A DNA stretch of 63,932 nt, filler included, from Octopus bimaculoides (GCF_001194135.2; 7 parts of 7 records of this genome joined end to end with filler, not necessarily neighbours in it), one strand, 5' to 3'. Positions 36,945-51,884 are shown, numbered from the whole stretch's first letter. Notes: generated from the letters alone by a model not told the origin. Made by a program: numbers and translations.

Positions 36945-37027
36945 TCCCTCTGAAGAGATTAAACTCAGAAATATGATTTTAATACTTACTTAATTTCACT
37001 GAGCTTAATTGAAACAGCTGTAAGGGA
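36945..37027 (+). ncRNA. Minimal type-I hammerhead ribozyme motif (second family)
   Basis: tccct-CUGAAGA-gattaaactcag/ctgagcttaatt-GAAA-CAGCUG-UA/aggga. 5-bp stem I, 12-bp stem II with one mismatch, palindromic ACAGCTGT; predicted cut between 37022 and 37023. Confidence 0.82.
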
Positions 37028-38149
37028 CAGTGATCGATTTTTTGCTGATAATAAACTCTTATTAACTTCAATATCTTCATTTTCTTATTATTCATTTGAA
37101 TGACAATAAACTATGATTTATATATAAACCTATTATTTTATGGATATTAACCTTCCCCTAAAATATTAGGTATTGAACCAATATTTCCTTGGATGATACC
37201 ATCCCTTCATGAGGCTATTATAACCTCTATTTGAATTATATATATATATTATATGTATGTATACATACATATATTATGTATATATACATATATTATATAT
37301 ATTATACGTATATATATATATTATGTATGTATATATATATATATATATATATNNNNNNNNNNNNNNNNNNNNNNNNNNNNNNNNNNNNNNNNNNNNTTAA
37401 TTAATTAANNNNNNNNNNNNNNNNNNNNNNNNNNNNNNNNNNNNNNNNNNNNATCAATATATATACATATATATATAGATATAACGAATTATGTATTTGT
37501 TGGCATATAAGACGCAATCTCCCATAAAACGCGCTGCTATTTTACAAGTGTATTTTGTGGAAAAAATCAAATTTAATATGTTTCATCACACGCTAACCGG
37601 AAGATATTTCAAACTGGTTTTGTAAGGGAAAATGTACGATTCTGTCCATGTAAATATGATTTTATGAAAGTATACTGGAATAGTGTATGAAACCATAAAT
37701 TTAACATAAATAAAATACGTTATACCTGTTCGGTATTTCAACTTTATATTCTTTTATATTGTGCTTTATATTTTGCTGAGGAGAATCTCCGTACAGGATG
37801 TAAAACTTGTATTTCTGGCTAATACTATTTTATGTAACCGCTATGGTTTTGTTGTCATCCACACGTTTTTATTAGCTGACAGGCGGATGAAAATTTAACA
37901 TTCTTTTCATCTTTCCAAGAGACTTTTCATTTGGATAATTTTAAAATGTTTCTTAAAAGTAACAGAGTCATTCAATAATGTAAGACGTACAAGTTGTGTG
38001 TGAAGTCTGCTGGGGAAAGTGGTACAATGAGTCTATCAAGATAACTGCCAACGTACCGTAGGCAATTTTTTTGCTTTTTTTGTTTGTAAGTTTCTGCTCT
38101 CGGTCAGTAATAATCTGGCTTGTTTCCAATATTTTAAAATTATCCAGGA

Positions 38150-38592
38150 GGCGAGCAGGCAGAATGGTTAGCACGCCGGTAAAAATGCTTAATGGAATTT
38201 CGTCCGTCTTTACGTTCAGCCAGGGTCGATTTTTGTCTTTCATCCGTTCGGGATCAATAAAGTAAGTACCATTTGAGCTCTGAGGTCGTAGTAATCGACT
38301 GTCCCCCCTCCACGAAATTACTAGCCTTATGCCAAAATTTGAAACCGTTATTATTAAGGTGGTGGGCTGATAGAATCGTTACCACACCGGGCGAAATGCT
38401 TAGCGGTAATTCGTCTGCCGTTACGTTCTGAGCTCAAATTCCGCCGAGGCCGACTTAGCCTTTTATCCTTTCGGGGTCGATTAAATAAGTACCAGTTACG
38501 CACTGGGGTCGACGTAATCGATTTAATCCCTTTGTCTGTCATTGTTTGTCCCCTCTATGTGTAGCCACTTGTGGGCAATAAAGAAATAAGAA
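38150..38592 (+). mobile_element. Two tandem family-3 SINEs
   Basis: ggcgagcaggcagaatggttagc... and ggtgggctgatagaatcgtt... with a shared body. Confidence 0.8.
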
Positions 38593-39497
38593 TCATTACC
38601 ACGCCAGTCTAAATGCTTAGTGACACCTCGTCCGCGTGTACGTACTGACTTCAAATTCATATATATATATATAAATATACACAAGTTCCTTTCAGTTTCC
38701 GTCTGCCACATCAATTCAGAAGGCTTTGTTCAGCTCGAGGACATAGTAGAAGACAATTGGCTAAGGTGCCACGCAGTGGGACTGAACCAAAGAACTATGT
38801 GGTTGGGAAGCAAACTTCGTACACACACTCACTCATACATATGCATGTGTGTATTTATATACATATATGTGTATATAAGAAGAACTAGATTTCATTTTCA
38901 GTTTCATTTTCATTTGTCACCCGGCTGATGAAAGCTCATCATTCGTTGATATACCCTTGGATTTTTATTCTTGTTTTTTTTTCATTCATCTATTCTTCTT
39001 TGCGTTTGTTACATTGGGATATATGCATTTACTTCAGTTTACAATACTATAATAAGTCAGCATAACTTCATATTGATCTATATTACTCTGCGCTTTCAGC
39101 TTATTGAGTTCTTTGAGGTATATTCACGTTGTATTTTTTTTTTTAGATATTGATTACATTTGTATATATCCATCTATACTCATACATACACAAACAACAC
39201 ACANNNNNNNNNNNNNNNNNNNNNNNNNNNNNNNNNNNNNNNNNNNNNNNNNNNNNNNNNNNNNNNNNNNNNNNNNNNNNNNNNNNNNNNNNNNNNNNNN
39301 NNNNNNNNNNNNNNNNNNNNNNNNNNNNNNNNNNNNNNNNNNNNNNNNNNNNNNNNNNNNNNNNNNNNNNNNNNNNNNNNNNNNNNNNNNNNNNNNNNNN
39401 NNNNNNNNNNNNNNNNNNNNNNNNNNNNNNNNNNNNNNNNNNNNNNNNNNNNNNNNNNNNNNNNNNNNNNNNNNNNNNNNNNNNNNNNNNNNNNNNN

Positions 39498-39535
<38 letters not shown>

Positions 39536-39686
39536 CAAAATACCTGATGTAACTGGATATATGATCTCCAAGAGAGCGTCGTGTGCATATAGGTGCGTAT
39601 AGAATGTCAGCTTTATATTAGGATGGTAAGGTATTTACGTATACATGTACCTGTAGATGTGCGCGCGCGTGTGTATGTATAGGAAG

Positions 39687-39735
<49 letters not shown>

Positions 39736-42700
39736 TACGTACATAGGAGAACCTTTTGGGTAGGGCTTCACAACTGTGGTCTATATAAGATTTTGTTGTT
39801 AAAATTTATCTGCAATAAATTGGTTATTCTTCTACAATACATCAAATAGTTTACCACCTTTCTAATTAATAATAATATTTAATTATAAAAAATAATAACA
39901 CTTTTTAAACATCAAAAGGGGCTATGGACGAATCTTTGAATTTAATGATGTCACAAATTTTGGCACAAGGCCAGCAATTTCGTGGGAGGGGATAAGTCGA
40001 TTACATAGACCCCAGTGCGTAACTGGTACTTAATTCATCGACCCTGAAAGGATGAAAGGCAAAGTCGACCTCGGCGGAATTTGAGCTCAGAACGCAAAGA
40101 CAAAGTACCGCTAAGTATTTCACCCGGTGTGCTAAGTATTTCACCCGGTGTGCTAACGTCGCCTTAATTAGTGCCTTTAATATTAGGAGCGACAGGGCAG
40201 TGAGGTGGCAGGATCGTTATCACGCCGGGCAGAACGCTTAGCGACATTTCATCCGTCTCTACATTCTGATTTCAAATTCCGCCGAGGTCACCTTTACCTT
40301 TCATCCCCTTCNNNNNNNNNNNNNNNNNNNNNNNNNNNNNNNNNNNNNNNNNNNNNNNNNNNNNNNNNNNNNNNNNNNNNNNNNNNNNNNNNNNNNNNNN
40401 NNNNNNNNNNNNNNNNNNNNNNNNNNNNNNNNNNNNNNNNNNNNNNNNNNNNNNNNNNNNNNNNNNNNNNNNNNNNNNNNNNNNNNNNNNNNNNNNNNNN
40501 NNNNNNNNNNNNNNNNNNNNNNNNNNNNNNNNNNNNNNNNNNNNNNNNNNNNNNNNNNNNNNNNNNNNNNNNNNNNNNNNNNNNNNNNNNNNNNNNNNNN
40601 NNNNNNNNNNNNNNNNNNNNNNNNNNNNNNNNNNNNNNNNNNNNNNNNNNNNNNNNNNNNNNNNNNNNNNNNNNNNNNNNNNNNNNNNNNNNNNNNNNNN
40701 NNNNNNNNNNNNNNNNNNNNNNNNNNNNNNNNNNNNNNNNNNNNNNNNNNNNNNNNNNNNNNNNNNNNNNNNNNNNNNNNNNNNNNNNNNNNNNNNNNNN
40801 NNNNNNNNNNNNNNNNNNNNNNNNNNNNNNNNNNNNNNNNNNNNNNNNNNNNNNNNNNNNNNNNNNNNNNNNNNNNNNNNNNNNNNNNNNNNNNNNNNNN
40901 NNNNNNNNNNNNNNNNNNNNNNNNNNNNNNNNNNNNNNNNNNNNNNNNNNNNNNNNNNNNNNNNNNNNNNNNNNNNNNNNNNNNNNNNNNNNNNNNNNNN
41001 NNNNNNNNNNNNNNNNNNNNNNNNNNNNNNNNNNNNNNNNNNNNNNNNNNNNNNNNNNNNNNNNNNNNNNNNNNNNNNNNNNNNNNNNNNNNNNNNNNNN
41101 NNNNNNNNNNNNNNNNNNNNNNNNNNNNNNNNNNNNNNNNNNNNNNNNNNNNNNNNNNNNNNNNNNNNNNNNNNNNNNNNNNNNNNNNNNNNNNNNNNNN
41201 NNNNNNNNNNNNNNNNNNNNNNACCACCACAACGTACACCACAACCGCCACCGCCATTTTTACGTCTGCTATTAACCCCATCATTACCACCCTACCACTA
41301 CCACCACCACCACCATCACCGCCGCCGCCGCCATACCTTCGGCATGACTATCAATATCCTCACCATGGCAACATCAACAGCCACACTAAATCGATATTAT
41401 TGACGGCTTATTGATAGAAGAGCATGGCTTTACAGGTAACTCCGTGTGGGATGACAAACCTGAAAGACGCAATTAAATATTCATGAACAGAGAAGATGTA
41501 GACGACCAGAGTTACCTGAGAGAAATAGCAGCCAAATCTTACTCAAGTCAAAACCTGCCTTCTTAATGCAAACGAGAGGATACTTTAGTCGATGCAGTCT
41601 TTGAAGTATTATGCCTAGAAAAAAATTACGATAATCTCCTTCCCATCTCAATTTCTTTATATATATATATATTATAATAATAATAATAATATTAGGGACA
41701 AAATTCAAAATTACAGGTAAAATCTCAATTAAAATCAATTTATAAAAAATTAAAATTAAGTTCTTGAAACTTGGGTATTTTCCCTAAAACTATATATTTC
41801 ATATATATATGTGTGTGTGTGTGTGTATGTGTGTGTATAAATAAACACTCAATAAACACTCACAACGCCCGGTCTGGGAATCGAAACCGTGATCCTATGA
41901 CCGCGAGTCCGCTGCCCTAACCACTGGGCCATTGCGCCTCCACATTGAAAGAATACAATAACAAAATCAAACACAACAGAACGATATTTATTGAGGATGT
42001 TAGTGGTGACTTGAAGTGAATATGAATCATAAGCAACCGGATATAATAACAAAATAGGAAAACCGACGCTTGGTGGGTGAAATGTTATGACACCATTATA
42101 GGCAAACTTCACGAATAAACAACAGCAATGTAGAGAAACCGGGTATAATAACGAAATCATCTAATGTAGACAGCAAGATATGATTGAAACAAAATGTTTA
42201 ACAGCCAACCAGTAACAATTTTAGCCACGCACACCATAACGTTTAAATGTCAGTAAGTCAACTAAGAAGGGACAGTCACATTATTGAATGCTGTGGTACA
42301 AAACTGGATTCACAAGAAGAGGAATACAGAATAAAAAAATACTCAATATCATGTACTGAGTAGTCTTTCCTATTTAGCGAAGAAACAGCAACAATTATCT
42401 CTGTGTAAATACACATACACCTACGAACGTATTTTTGTATGCATGCATGTATGTATATATGTATGTATGTACTATGTATGCATGTATGTATGTGCGTGTT
42501 TCTGCATGTACGTCTGTGTATGCGTGCGTGCGTCTGTGTATGCGTGCGTGCGTGCATGTGTGTATATATATATGTGTGTGTGTGTGTCTTCTCATGATTG
42601 TAGCGTTTTCATAATTGCAAGATGTTTGATAGATATTTATAAGAAAATAGATACGTAAGCACAGACTCATGGATTGATATATTATAGATCAATATAGAAA

Positions 42701-42781
42701 TTTATAGCGTATATGTGTGATTAGTAAAGAGGGAGTGTATATGTAATTATATATATATATATATATATACACGCATATATA

Positions 42782-42820
<39 letters not shown>

Positions 42821-43520
42821 NNNNNNNNNNNNNNNNNNNNNNNNNNNNNNNNNNNNNNNNNNNNNNNNNNNNNNNNNNNNNNNNNNNNNNNNNNNNNNNN
42901 NNNNNNNNNNNNNNNNNNNNNNNNNNNNNNNNNNNNNNNNNNNNNNNNNNNNNNNNNNNNNNNNNNNNNNNNNNNNNNNNNNNNNNNNNNNNNNNNNNNN
43001 NNNNNNNNNNNNNNNNNNNNNNNNNNNNNNNNNNNNNNNNNNNNNNNNNNNNNNNNNNNNNNNNNNNNNNNNNNNNNNNNNNNNNNNNNNNNNNNNNNNN
43101 NNNNNNNNNNNNNNNNNNNNNNNNNNNNNNNNNNNNNNNNNNNNNNNNNNNNNNNNNNNNNNNNNNNNNNNNNNNNNNNNNNNNNNNNNNNNNNNNNNNN
43201 NNNNNNNNNNNNNNNNNNNNNNNNNNNNNNNNNNNNNNNNNNNNNNNNNNNNNNNNNNNNNNNNNNNNNNNNNNNNNNNNNNNNNNNNNNNNNNNNNNNN
43301 NNNNNNNNNNNNNNNNNNNNNNNNNNNNNNNNNNNNNNNNNNNNNNNNNNNNNNNNNNNNNNNNNNNNNNNNNNNNNNNNNNNNNNNNNNNNNNNNNNNN
43401 NNNNNNNNNNNNNNNNNNNNNNNNNNNNNNNNNNNNNNNNNNNNNNNNNNNNNNNNNNNNNNNNNNNNNNNNNNNNNNNNNNNNNNNNNNNNNNNNNNNN
43501 NNNNNNNNNNNNNNNNNNNN

Positions 43521-43564
<44 letters not shown>

Positions 43565-43590
43565 TATATGTACATACACTCATACACGTA

Positions 43591-43625
<35 letters not shown>

Positions 43626-44158
43626 ATGTATATATTTATATGTATGTGCTCTATGTATTTGCGCGTGAGTGTGTGTGCACAACTATGTTCACATAGGAAG
43701 GTGTGTGCGTGTCTTTGTCTTTCTCTATAGGGGTAAATTTGTGCGTGATCATGTGTTTGTATGCGTGTTGTTGGATGCAGTTATTGGCATATTGGCATAT
43801 TTGTGCACGAACGGGCCTATCTGTCAATCCATTCTTATTTATATCCAATACATGCATGCATATACGAATATACATACATATATACATACATATATATATA
43901 NNNNNNNNNNNNNNNNNNNNNNNNNNNNNNNNNNNNNNNNNAAATATAAGTATGAATGTACGAGTGTGCATACGTATGTATATGTGTGCGTGTTTTCATG
44001 TGTGTGTGTGTGTTCGTGTGTGTGTGTGATCTTGATCCAGTATATCACTTCGTATTAACATCTATGCATGCAAATTGGTAAATATAGAAAGGTGCACATG
44101 ATAGCAACATGCAAACGTACATACACAGTCACATACATGCGCACATACTCAGAGACAA

Positions 44159-44195
<37 letters not shown>

Positions 44196-45259
44196 TGTAT
44201 GTATGTATGTATTTATGTATCTATGTATCCAACTGTATTCGGCTTCATTTAATATAGTGTGCGTATGAAACGAAAGGGTTAGAAGGCAACATTATAGGAA
44301 CTTACATCTGAGTCAAGCTTTAGCCTGAATACAGAAATTGGTGTTTGTTAATGGTGGACCTCTACTCCAACCGTTGCTCGTAAGACCCGTGGTATGCAAG
44401 TGGTCTCAAGATGGACTAGCTGTGATCCACTCTGGAGTCTTTGCTAATTAACATTGTCGCCGTCGTGGTGGTTGTTGTGTCGTTGTGGTCCTTGTCCGCG
44501 TTTCGTCGTCATCGTCATCAACATCATCATCATCATCTTCGTCATTACCATCGTCCTCGTCATCGTCTCCCCTTCCTCCTCCTCCTCCTCCTCCTCATCA
44601 TCATCATCCCTTCTCTTCTTCGTCCTCTTTTCCTTTTTCTTCTTCTTCCGCTTCTTTTTCTTCTTCTTCATCCNNNNNNNNNNNNNNNNNNNNNNNNNNN
44701 NNNNNNNNNNNNNNNNNNNNNNNNNNNNNNNNNNNNNNNNNNNNNNNNNNNNNNNNNNNNNNNNNNNNNNNNNNNNNNNNNNNNNNNNNNNNNNNNNNNN
44801 NNNNNNNNNNNNNNNNNNNNNNNNNNNNNNNNNNNNNNNNNNNNNNNNNNNNNNNNNNNNNNNNNNNNNNNNNNNNNNNNNNNNNNNNNNNNNNNNNNNN
44901 NNNNNNNNNNNNNNNNNNNNNNNNNNNNNNNNNNNNNNNNNNNNNNNNNNNNNNNNNNNNNNNNNNNNNNNNNNNNNNNNNNNNNNNNNNNNNNNNNNNN
45001 NNNNNNNNNNNNNNNNNNNNNNNNNNNNNNNNNNNNNNNNNNNNNNNNNNNNNNNNNNNNNNNNNNNNNNNNNNNNNNNNNNNNNNNNNNNNNNNNNNNN
45101 NNNNNNNNNNNNNNNNNNNNNNNNNNNNNNNNNNNNNNNNNNNNNNNNNNNNNNNNNNNNNNNNNNNNNNNNNNNNNNNNNNNNNNNNNNNNNNNNNNNN
45201 NNNNNNNNNNNNNNNNNNNNNNNNNNNNNNNNNNNNNNNNNNNNNNNNNNNNNNNNNNC

Positions 45260-45574
45260 ATGAAATTAACGTGCAAGTGGCTGAGCACTCCACAGACACG
45301 TGTACCATTAACGTAGTTCTCGGGGATATTCAGCGTGACACAGTGTGACAAGGCTGACCCTTTGAATTACAGGCACAACAGAAACAGGAAGTAGGAGTGA
45401 GAGAAAGTTGTGGTGAAAGAGTACAGCAGGGTTCGCCACCATCCCCTGCCGGAGCCTCGTGGAGCTTTTAGTTGTTTTCACTCAATAAACACTCACAACG
45501 CCCGGTCTGGGAATCGAAACCACGATCCTATGACCGCGAGTCCGCTGCCCTAACCACTGGGCCATTGCGTCTCC
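45260..45574 (-). mobile_element. tRNA-derived SINE (family 1)
   Basis: Homologous to 26571-26917; 3' part lost in a gap. Confidence 0.88.
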
Positions 45575-45925
45575 ACTCATAAGGGTTAATATCGGGCTAA
45601 ATAACAATAGCAATAACACGAAGAGTGAAAGGTAAAATTCAATCTTTACTACCCAGGATTTGAACCTCCGAAGGCAAAGGGATGTAACTTCGATACCGTA
45701 ATATACACCCGTCATCACACACACTACCAAATCCATCCTTCAATCGTTTTAGCTTATTTGTGGGAGTATGAGACAGTATTGAAATTGTCGCTAAATGTTG
45801 AGTTCTTTAATCGTCTGTTAACTGGTAGATTATCTTCTCAGTGAACAAGAAGGGAATCGGAAGATTAGAGAGCGAAGAAATGGATTAAGATAACGAAGAG
45901 AGAAGTGGAGAGATATAGAGTGAGT

Positions 45926-45965
<40 letters not shown>

Positions 45966-46002
45966 AGAGGTGACGAGAAGCAAAAGATATCGAGTGAGAC
46001 AT

Positions 46003-46042
<40 letters not shown>

Positions 46043-46286
46043 TCACACACACACACACACACACAAATAGACACACACACACACGTAAATATATGGAATC
46101 GGGATGGAATGCTCACATATGTGAGGGAGTTGGAACAGGATATAAAAAAGAACAGGATATACAGAGACGTGAAATATGAAGGAAAACGAAGCAGAGAGAG
46201 AGTGAGGGAGAGAGAGAGAGGCAGATAGAGGGACAGAGTGAGATTGAAGGAATTGTTGTTGACGTTGTTATTGCATTGGTATATGC

Positions 46287-46325
<39 letters not shown>

Positions 46326-47978
46326 TGAGCGCTTCTGTATATAAATCGATATATGTATGCACACACAGATGCACACACACACACATACATACATTAGCAC
46401 AGAGATATTCCCTCACAAACATACACACATAAAGACTATATGAAATACACGGTGAAAGATGAGGAGAATAAAGACGGAGAAGGAGAAGAAGAAGAAATGA
46501 TGATGGAGGAGAAGAAGAAGAAAAAGAAATGATGGAGAAGAAGAAGAAGAAGAAGAAGAAATGATGATGGAGAAGAAGAAATGGTGATGGAGAAGAAGAA
46601 GAAATGATGATGATGATGATGAAGAAGAAGAAATGATGATGAAGAAATGAATAATAATAATAATGATAATAATAAGAAGAAATGAATAATAATAATAAGA
46701 AGAAGAAGTGGCAGGAGCAACAAAAACAGCAGCAGTAGTGGTAATAGCAGCAGCAGCAGTAGTAGTAGTAGTAGTAGTTGTAGTAGTAGTAGTAGTAAGA
46801 AGAAGACGAAGAATTACAAGAACAAGAAGAGCAAGAAGAAGAAGGGGGAGAACAAATGTACAACAACAACAACAACATAATCAACACTATCGATAGCATT
46901 AACAAGAATGTTGTGAGAACGACAGATGAAAAATCGTGGGAAATATGAAGTTATGAAGAGAAAAACACACAAGTCGATAAAAATACGCAATTAAACACAC
47001 GCACAAAACACTCACTCACACACATACAAACACACATACACACTCACATTTGTATGTTTGTTAGTTTGCTCACGTCTGTATGCTTTACATATTTCCCCTT
47101 ATTATAGCCTGAGCAATGTTCTCAATTTTTCCCTTTATCTTCACACAACAACATACTGCTGCCACATTTCATACCATCTGAAATGGATATGATTTCCTCT
47201 TGAATTTCTTCAACAAGTATATTTTTCTCTGCGACTACATCTAACTTCACTTTTCCTCTTAGAATTACCCCCAAACTTTCTTTCCTTCTTATCTTACCCA
47301 TTTCGCAAATTATTTTGGCTCTCCATCTTTTTTATGTACACTCCCTCTCTCTCTCTCTCTGTCCCTCTCTCTCTCTCTTCGTAATTTTCTATCGTATAGG
47401 GATTTTCAACCCAACATTAACATGCTACTAATTTATAGTATCATGTGTGCTTCGAAATCCACAGCGCCTGAAAAGAATTATTTCATATTCTCTGAAAGGT
47501 CTATAATATATTTTTCACTACAATTCACCCGGTAGAGTTTTTCTAGAACCTTTTCACAACACACACNNNNNNNNNNNNNNNNNNNNNNNNNNNNNNNNNN
47601 NNNNNNNNNNNNNNNNNNNNNNNNNNNNNNNNNNNNNNNNNNNNNNNNNNNNNNNNNNNNNNNNNNNNNNNNNNNNNNNNNNNNNNNNNNNNNNNNNNNN
47701 NNNNNNNNNNNNNNNNNNNNNNNNNNNNNNNNNNNNNNNNNNNNNNNNNNNNNNNNNNNNNNNNNNNNNNNNNNNNNNNNNNNNNNNNNNNNNNNNNNNN
47801 NNNNNNNNNNNNNNNNNNNNNNNNNNNNNNNNNNNNNNNNNNNNNNNNNNNNNNNNNNNNNNNNNNNNNNNNNNNNNNNNNNNNNNNNNNACTAAACCCT
47901 GAACCATATGGTTGGGAAACAAGCGTCTTACCACACAGCCACTCCTGCGTCTATGTATATGCATATGTATAGGTATGG

Positions 47979-48014
<36 letters not shown>

Positions 48015-50477
48015 ATATATATATATATCTTGTTTCTTTTTTCATTTTTGATTTGTCTATGCTTATCTGTCTGTCTGTGTGTATGTATTATGTATGCATA
48101 ATTATCGGCTAAAATTCAATTCTCGTTTCCTTCCACACCTAATGCAGCCAAATACCATTGCCGTTATTAACCGCTTCATGATTAATTAGAATTCCCTAGT
48201 TATAGCAATATCATTACCCTAATAGGGATGGAACCCAAATCCGCTCTATTAATTTTCATTCAACGTATCAAGCATCTAATAATCCATGCGAAGCATCTTC
48301 GGCTGAGATTGAATTCATGGACGATGCATAATTGCAATGCCTGCTACTGTACTCCCTAGTACTCCCTTGGTACGAGGCAACAGCAGCAATAATAATAAAA
48401 CTGATGATAATTATAAAAATAATATTAATAATGGTGGCTGCACTAATTGCAATGGTAATGGTAATAATGATAACACTAATAATGGTTATAATAATATGAG
48501 TAATAATAATAATGATTTTAAAGATAATTATTACAATACGGATGTACGAATAATGCTGGCAATTGCGTTAAAAGTGGTAGTAGCAGCTATAGTAATAGAA
48601 TAGGGAATTGCCATCACAGATGTAGTAATAACAACTGTGATAATAATATTAGTTGTACTGGTGTGAATGATTTAGAAATGGTTATGACAATAACTACAAC
48701 TGTAGTACTAGTAACAGTAATGGTATCTAGTATGATAATTTTGGAACACTTGAGGGAATAAGTAATGGTTATGATAACTCCAGTACGAATTATGATAATG
48801 TAAATGTTGATTGTGGCTAACACACACAATAATTCTGTCGATTATGGCTTTGTATCACGTAGAGGTATGATTTATGCAACCCGCAATATTTCTATCTCGA
48901 TGTTAACTAGCTTATGTAATTGTAAGAAGAAATTTGAATGCCTATTAGGAAATAAATACCTGATCAAAAGCATTGTGCATAAATGTAATGTCAAAACTAA
49001 TCTATATTATTTCACTTGCGTAGATTCCACTTCTAGTTACAAAATGAGATAACAAAATTTTTGTCATAGATATATAAAGAGAGATAAAGCAAAATCAACA
49101 TTCCTCTCTGAAAAGGTCTGGGAGTTAAAGGACAGAAACGTCGATTGTCATGTAAAGTAGAGCAACGCTAGACACGCTAAGCCTTTTGTTATTGATAGAT
49201 ATGGCTACAATTTCTGCTGTTTGGAACGGATGGAAATTTTAAAAAGCACATGTGAACTATTAATATATTGGGGGAATTAAGGATCAAATTCTCGCATTTT
49301 GTCCGTAGATTTTTCTCCTAGCTTTAACCCAGTCTATAAAAGTCTTCCCTGAGTGCTACAGACGTATCTATTACCCAGCGATATACATCTCAATTTGTAG
49401 TAATGGGACTCATAGACTATGTTCAGGTAACCTTGCGTATCCTAATACTATCAATACTTTATCCTACCTTTAGTTCTATCGCCAGATACCTATGACTATA
49501 ATCTCATATAATTTATATTTTATATAATTTAATCGATCAAATTTATTTCATTTACTTATAAACTTAAATTATATCTTCCAATATTTGCTTCATCCTCCCT
49601 TGTTACGGCTTTGATAATTCTTTATAATTCGTTATAAACCTATAAATTCTTTTAATATTTATCAATCTTTATGGCCTTTGCAATTTTTATAAATTTTATA
49701 TAAGTTCTTTGACATATTCGTATCACTTCCAAAGACTGTTAAATTACTTCAATAGTCATTTAACTATCCACTGAACCTATATGATTTTAATTGATTTGCT
49801 TTAATCTCAATAATATTGTGACAATATTGGTAAATGTTTGGATTCATGTTTTATCCTTCTCTATTATTTGTAGCCTTTTAACTCGAAGCGTCATTACATC
49901 TAAATAATCGATATCTATAAAATTCGATATTCAGTTAACGTAAATTTATGAATTCACAAATTTGTATCCTCAGCACTGAATATTGCCTAAACTCTTTTCA
50001 TTAGTCTAGTATACACATTTATTTGTTTATGCCGATACCGTCTTCTTGACGATGTGTGACCATTTTCTCTATTTTGTTTCTATCTAAGTATTAACAGGTT
50101 ATGATTGTTGGCAATGTGATTATGATTACTTCAACATACTAAATATTTTTTTCCTTTTCCTATCTTTCCTCCTTCCTTCGTTCTCCTCTGAAAATTCGCA
50201 GAGATCTTCGTTAATCTGGAGTTTTCCTTAAGTTATTTCTCCTGAATTGTAATTAGCTGTATCTCCTTTTAACTGAAGTTAATTTTCTATTAGTTCTGCA
50301 ATAAATAATCAGAGCACTTTAAATGAAGGTGAAATTAGTAAATGAATAAGTAACACTTGAATTAATTAACCATGTCATTTCTAATGTAATAAACAATATA
50401 ACACTGTAAATGTGTTTTAGAGCTTCGTCAGCAGCTGCCTTAGAACGTAATTTGATACACTTAAGCATCATACCTGG

Positions 50478-50716
50478 CAGCTGCTATCTTATTTCTTTAC
50501 TGCCCCCAAGGGGCTAAACATAGAGTGGACAAACAAGGACAAAGGGATTAAGTCGATTAAATCGACCCCAGTGCGTAACTGGTACTTAATTTATCGACCC
50601 CGAAAGGATGAAAGGCAAAGTCGACTTCGGCGGAATTTGAACCCAGAACGTAACGGCAGACGAAATGCCGCTAAGCATTTCGTCCGGCGTGCTAACGTTT
50701 CTGCCAGTTCGCCGCC
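50478..50716 (-). mobile_element. Family-3 SINE, near-intact
   Basis: Reverse complement of the 38360 copy with CpGs retained. Confidence 0.85.
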
Positions 50717-51155
50717 CTTGACACCGGCTATCAGTCGGTATACAAGCATATTTTGCCAATGTCAGACATTACATTTCTTAAATATTGGTAATTCTGATAG
50801 GAAATTACACTTATTGATGACCTCATGTTTAAGCATATCACTGTTCGCTTGTTTATTCGGTAAGCCTGATGAGCTGCGAGTTGCGTAACGTATTACTTAA
50901 TTTTATGCACATTGTGCATACTGTATAACTTACCCTACAGTGCTTACGATACCCATAACAAAATTATTGCAGCAGTACCAGATTGCACATTCGTCTGTTT
51001 ATATACGCGTGAGTGTCTGTGTGTGTAAATGTGTGTGCGCGCGAGAGCATGTCTATACATACATATGTATACATATGTGTATATATATATATACGTGTGT
51101 GCGCGCAGATGTATGTGTGTGTATATATATATATATATAGATAGATAGATATACA

Positions 51156-51193
<38 letters not shown>

Positions 51194-51328
51194 NNNNNNN
51201 NNNNNNNNNNNNNNNNNNNNNNNNNNNNNNNNNNNNNNNNNNNNNNNNNNNNNNNNNNNNNNNNNNNNNNNNNNNNNNNNNNNNNNNNNNNNNNNNNNNN
51301 NNNNNNNNNNNNNNNNNNNNNNNNNNNN

Positions 51329-51377
<49 letters not shown>

Positions 51378-51837
51378 ATATATATATGTATATTTTTGGG
51401 CGTGCATGCGTGTGTGTGGTGTGTGTGTGTGCGTATGTGGATGTATCTCTGTAATTATGTGTGCTGGTATATATTTGTGTGTGTATATAATGTAGGTATT
51501 CACGATTGATATAGCTGCTGCTGTTCGGCGCTCATACTAATATCAGGCGATTGTTGGATTGTTATGAATGCGAAGAAAAGTGGCAAGGGACAATGTGTGT
51601 GTGTGCCACTGAACTTGAATAGTTAACAGAGAAATAGTATTGATTTATCAGGTCTGGAATTATTCCTTCGGGTACATACAATATATATACATACTACAGC
51701 AGACCTGCAGAGACATAGTTACATAGACCCGAAGACACAGAAACACATAAATATACAAACACAGTGCGTGATACTGAATCACACGCGGATATCCAAAAGC
51801 ATGTGCAAACGTGTTTGCATGTATGTCTGTATGCATG

Positions 51838-51884
<47 letters not shown>

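Noticed and set aside
48850-50400. Possible ancient GIY-YIG (SGIY...YIS*LTSR) on - in an AT-rich tract
   Set aside because: Multiple stops and too little similarity to support without a profile search.
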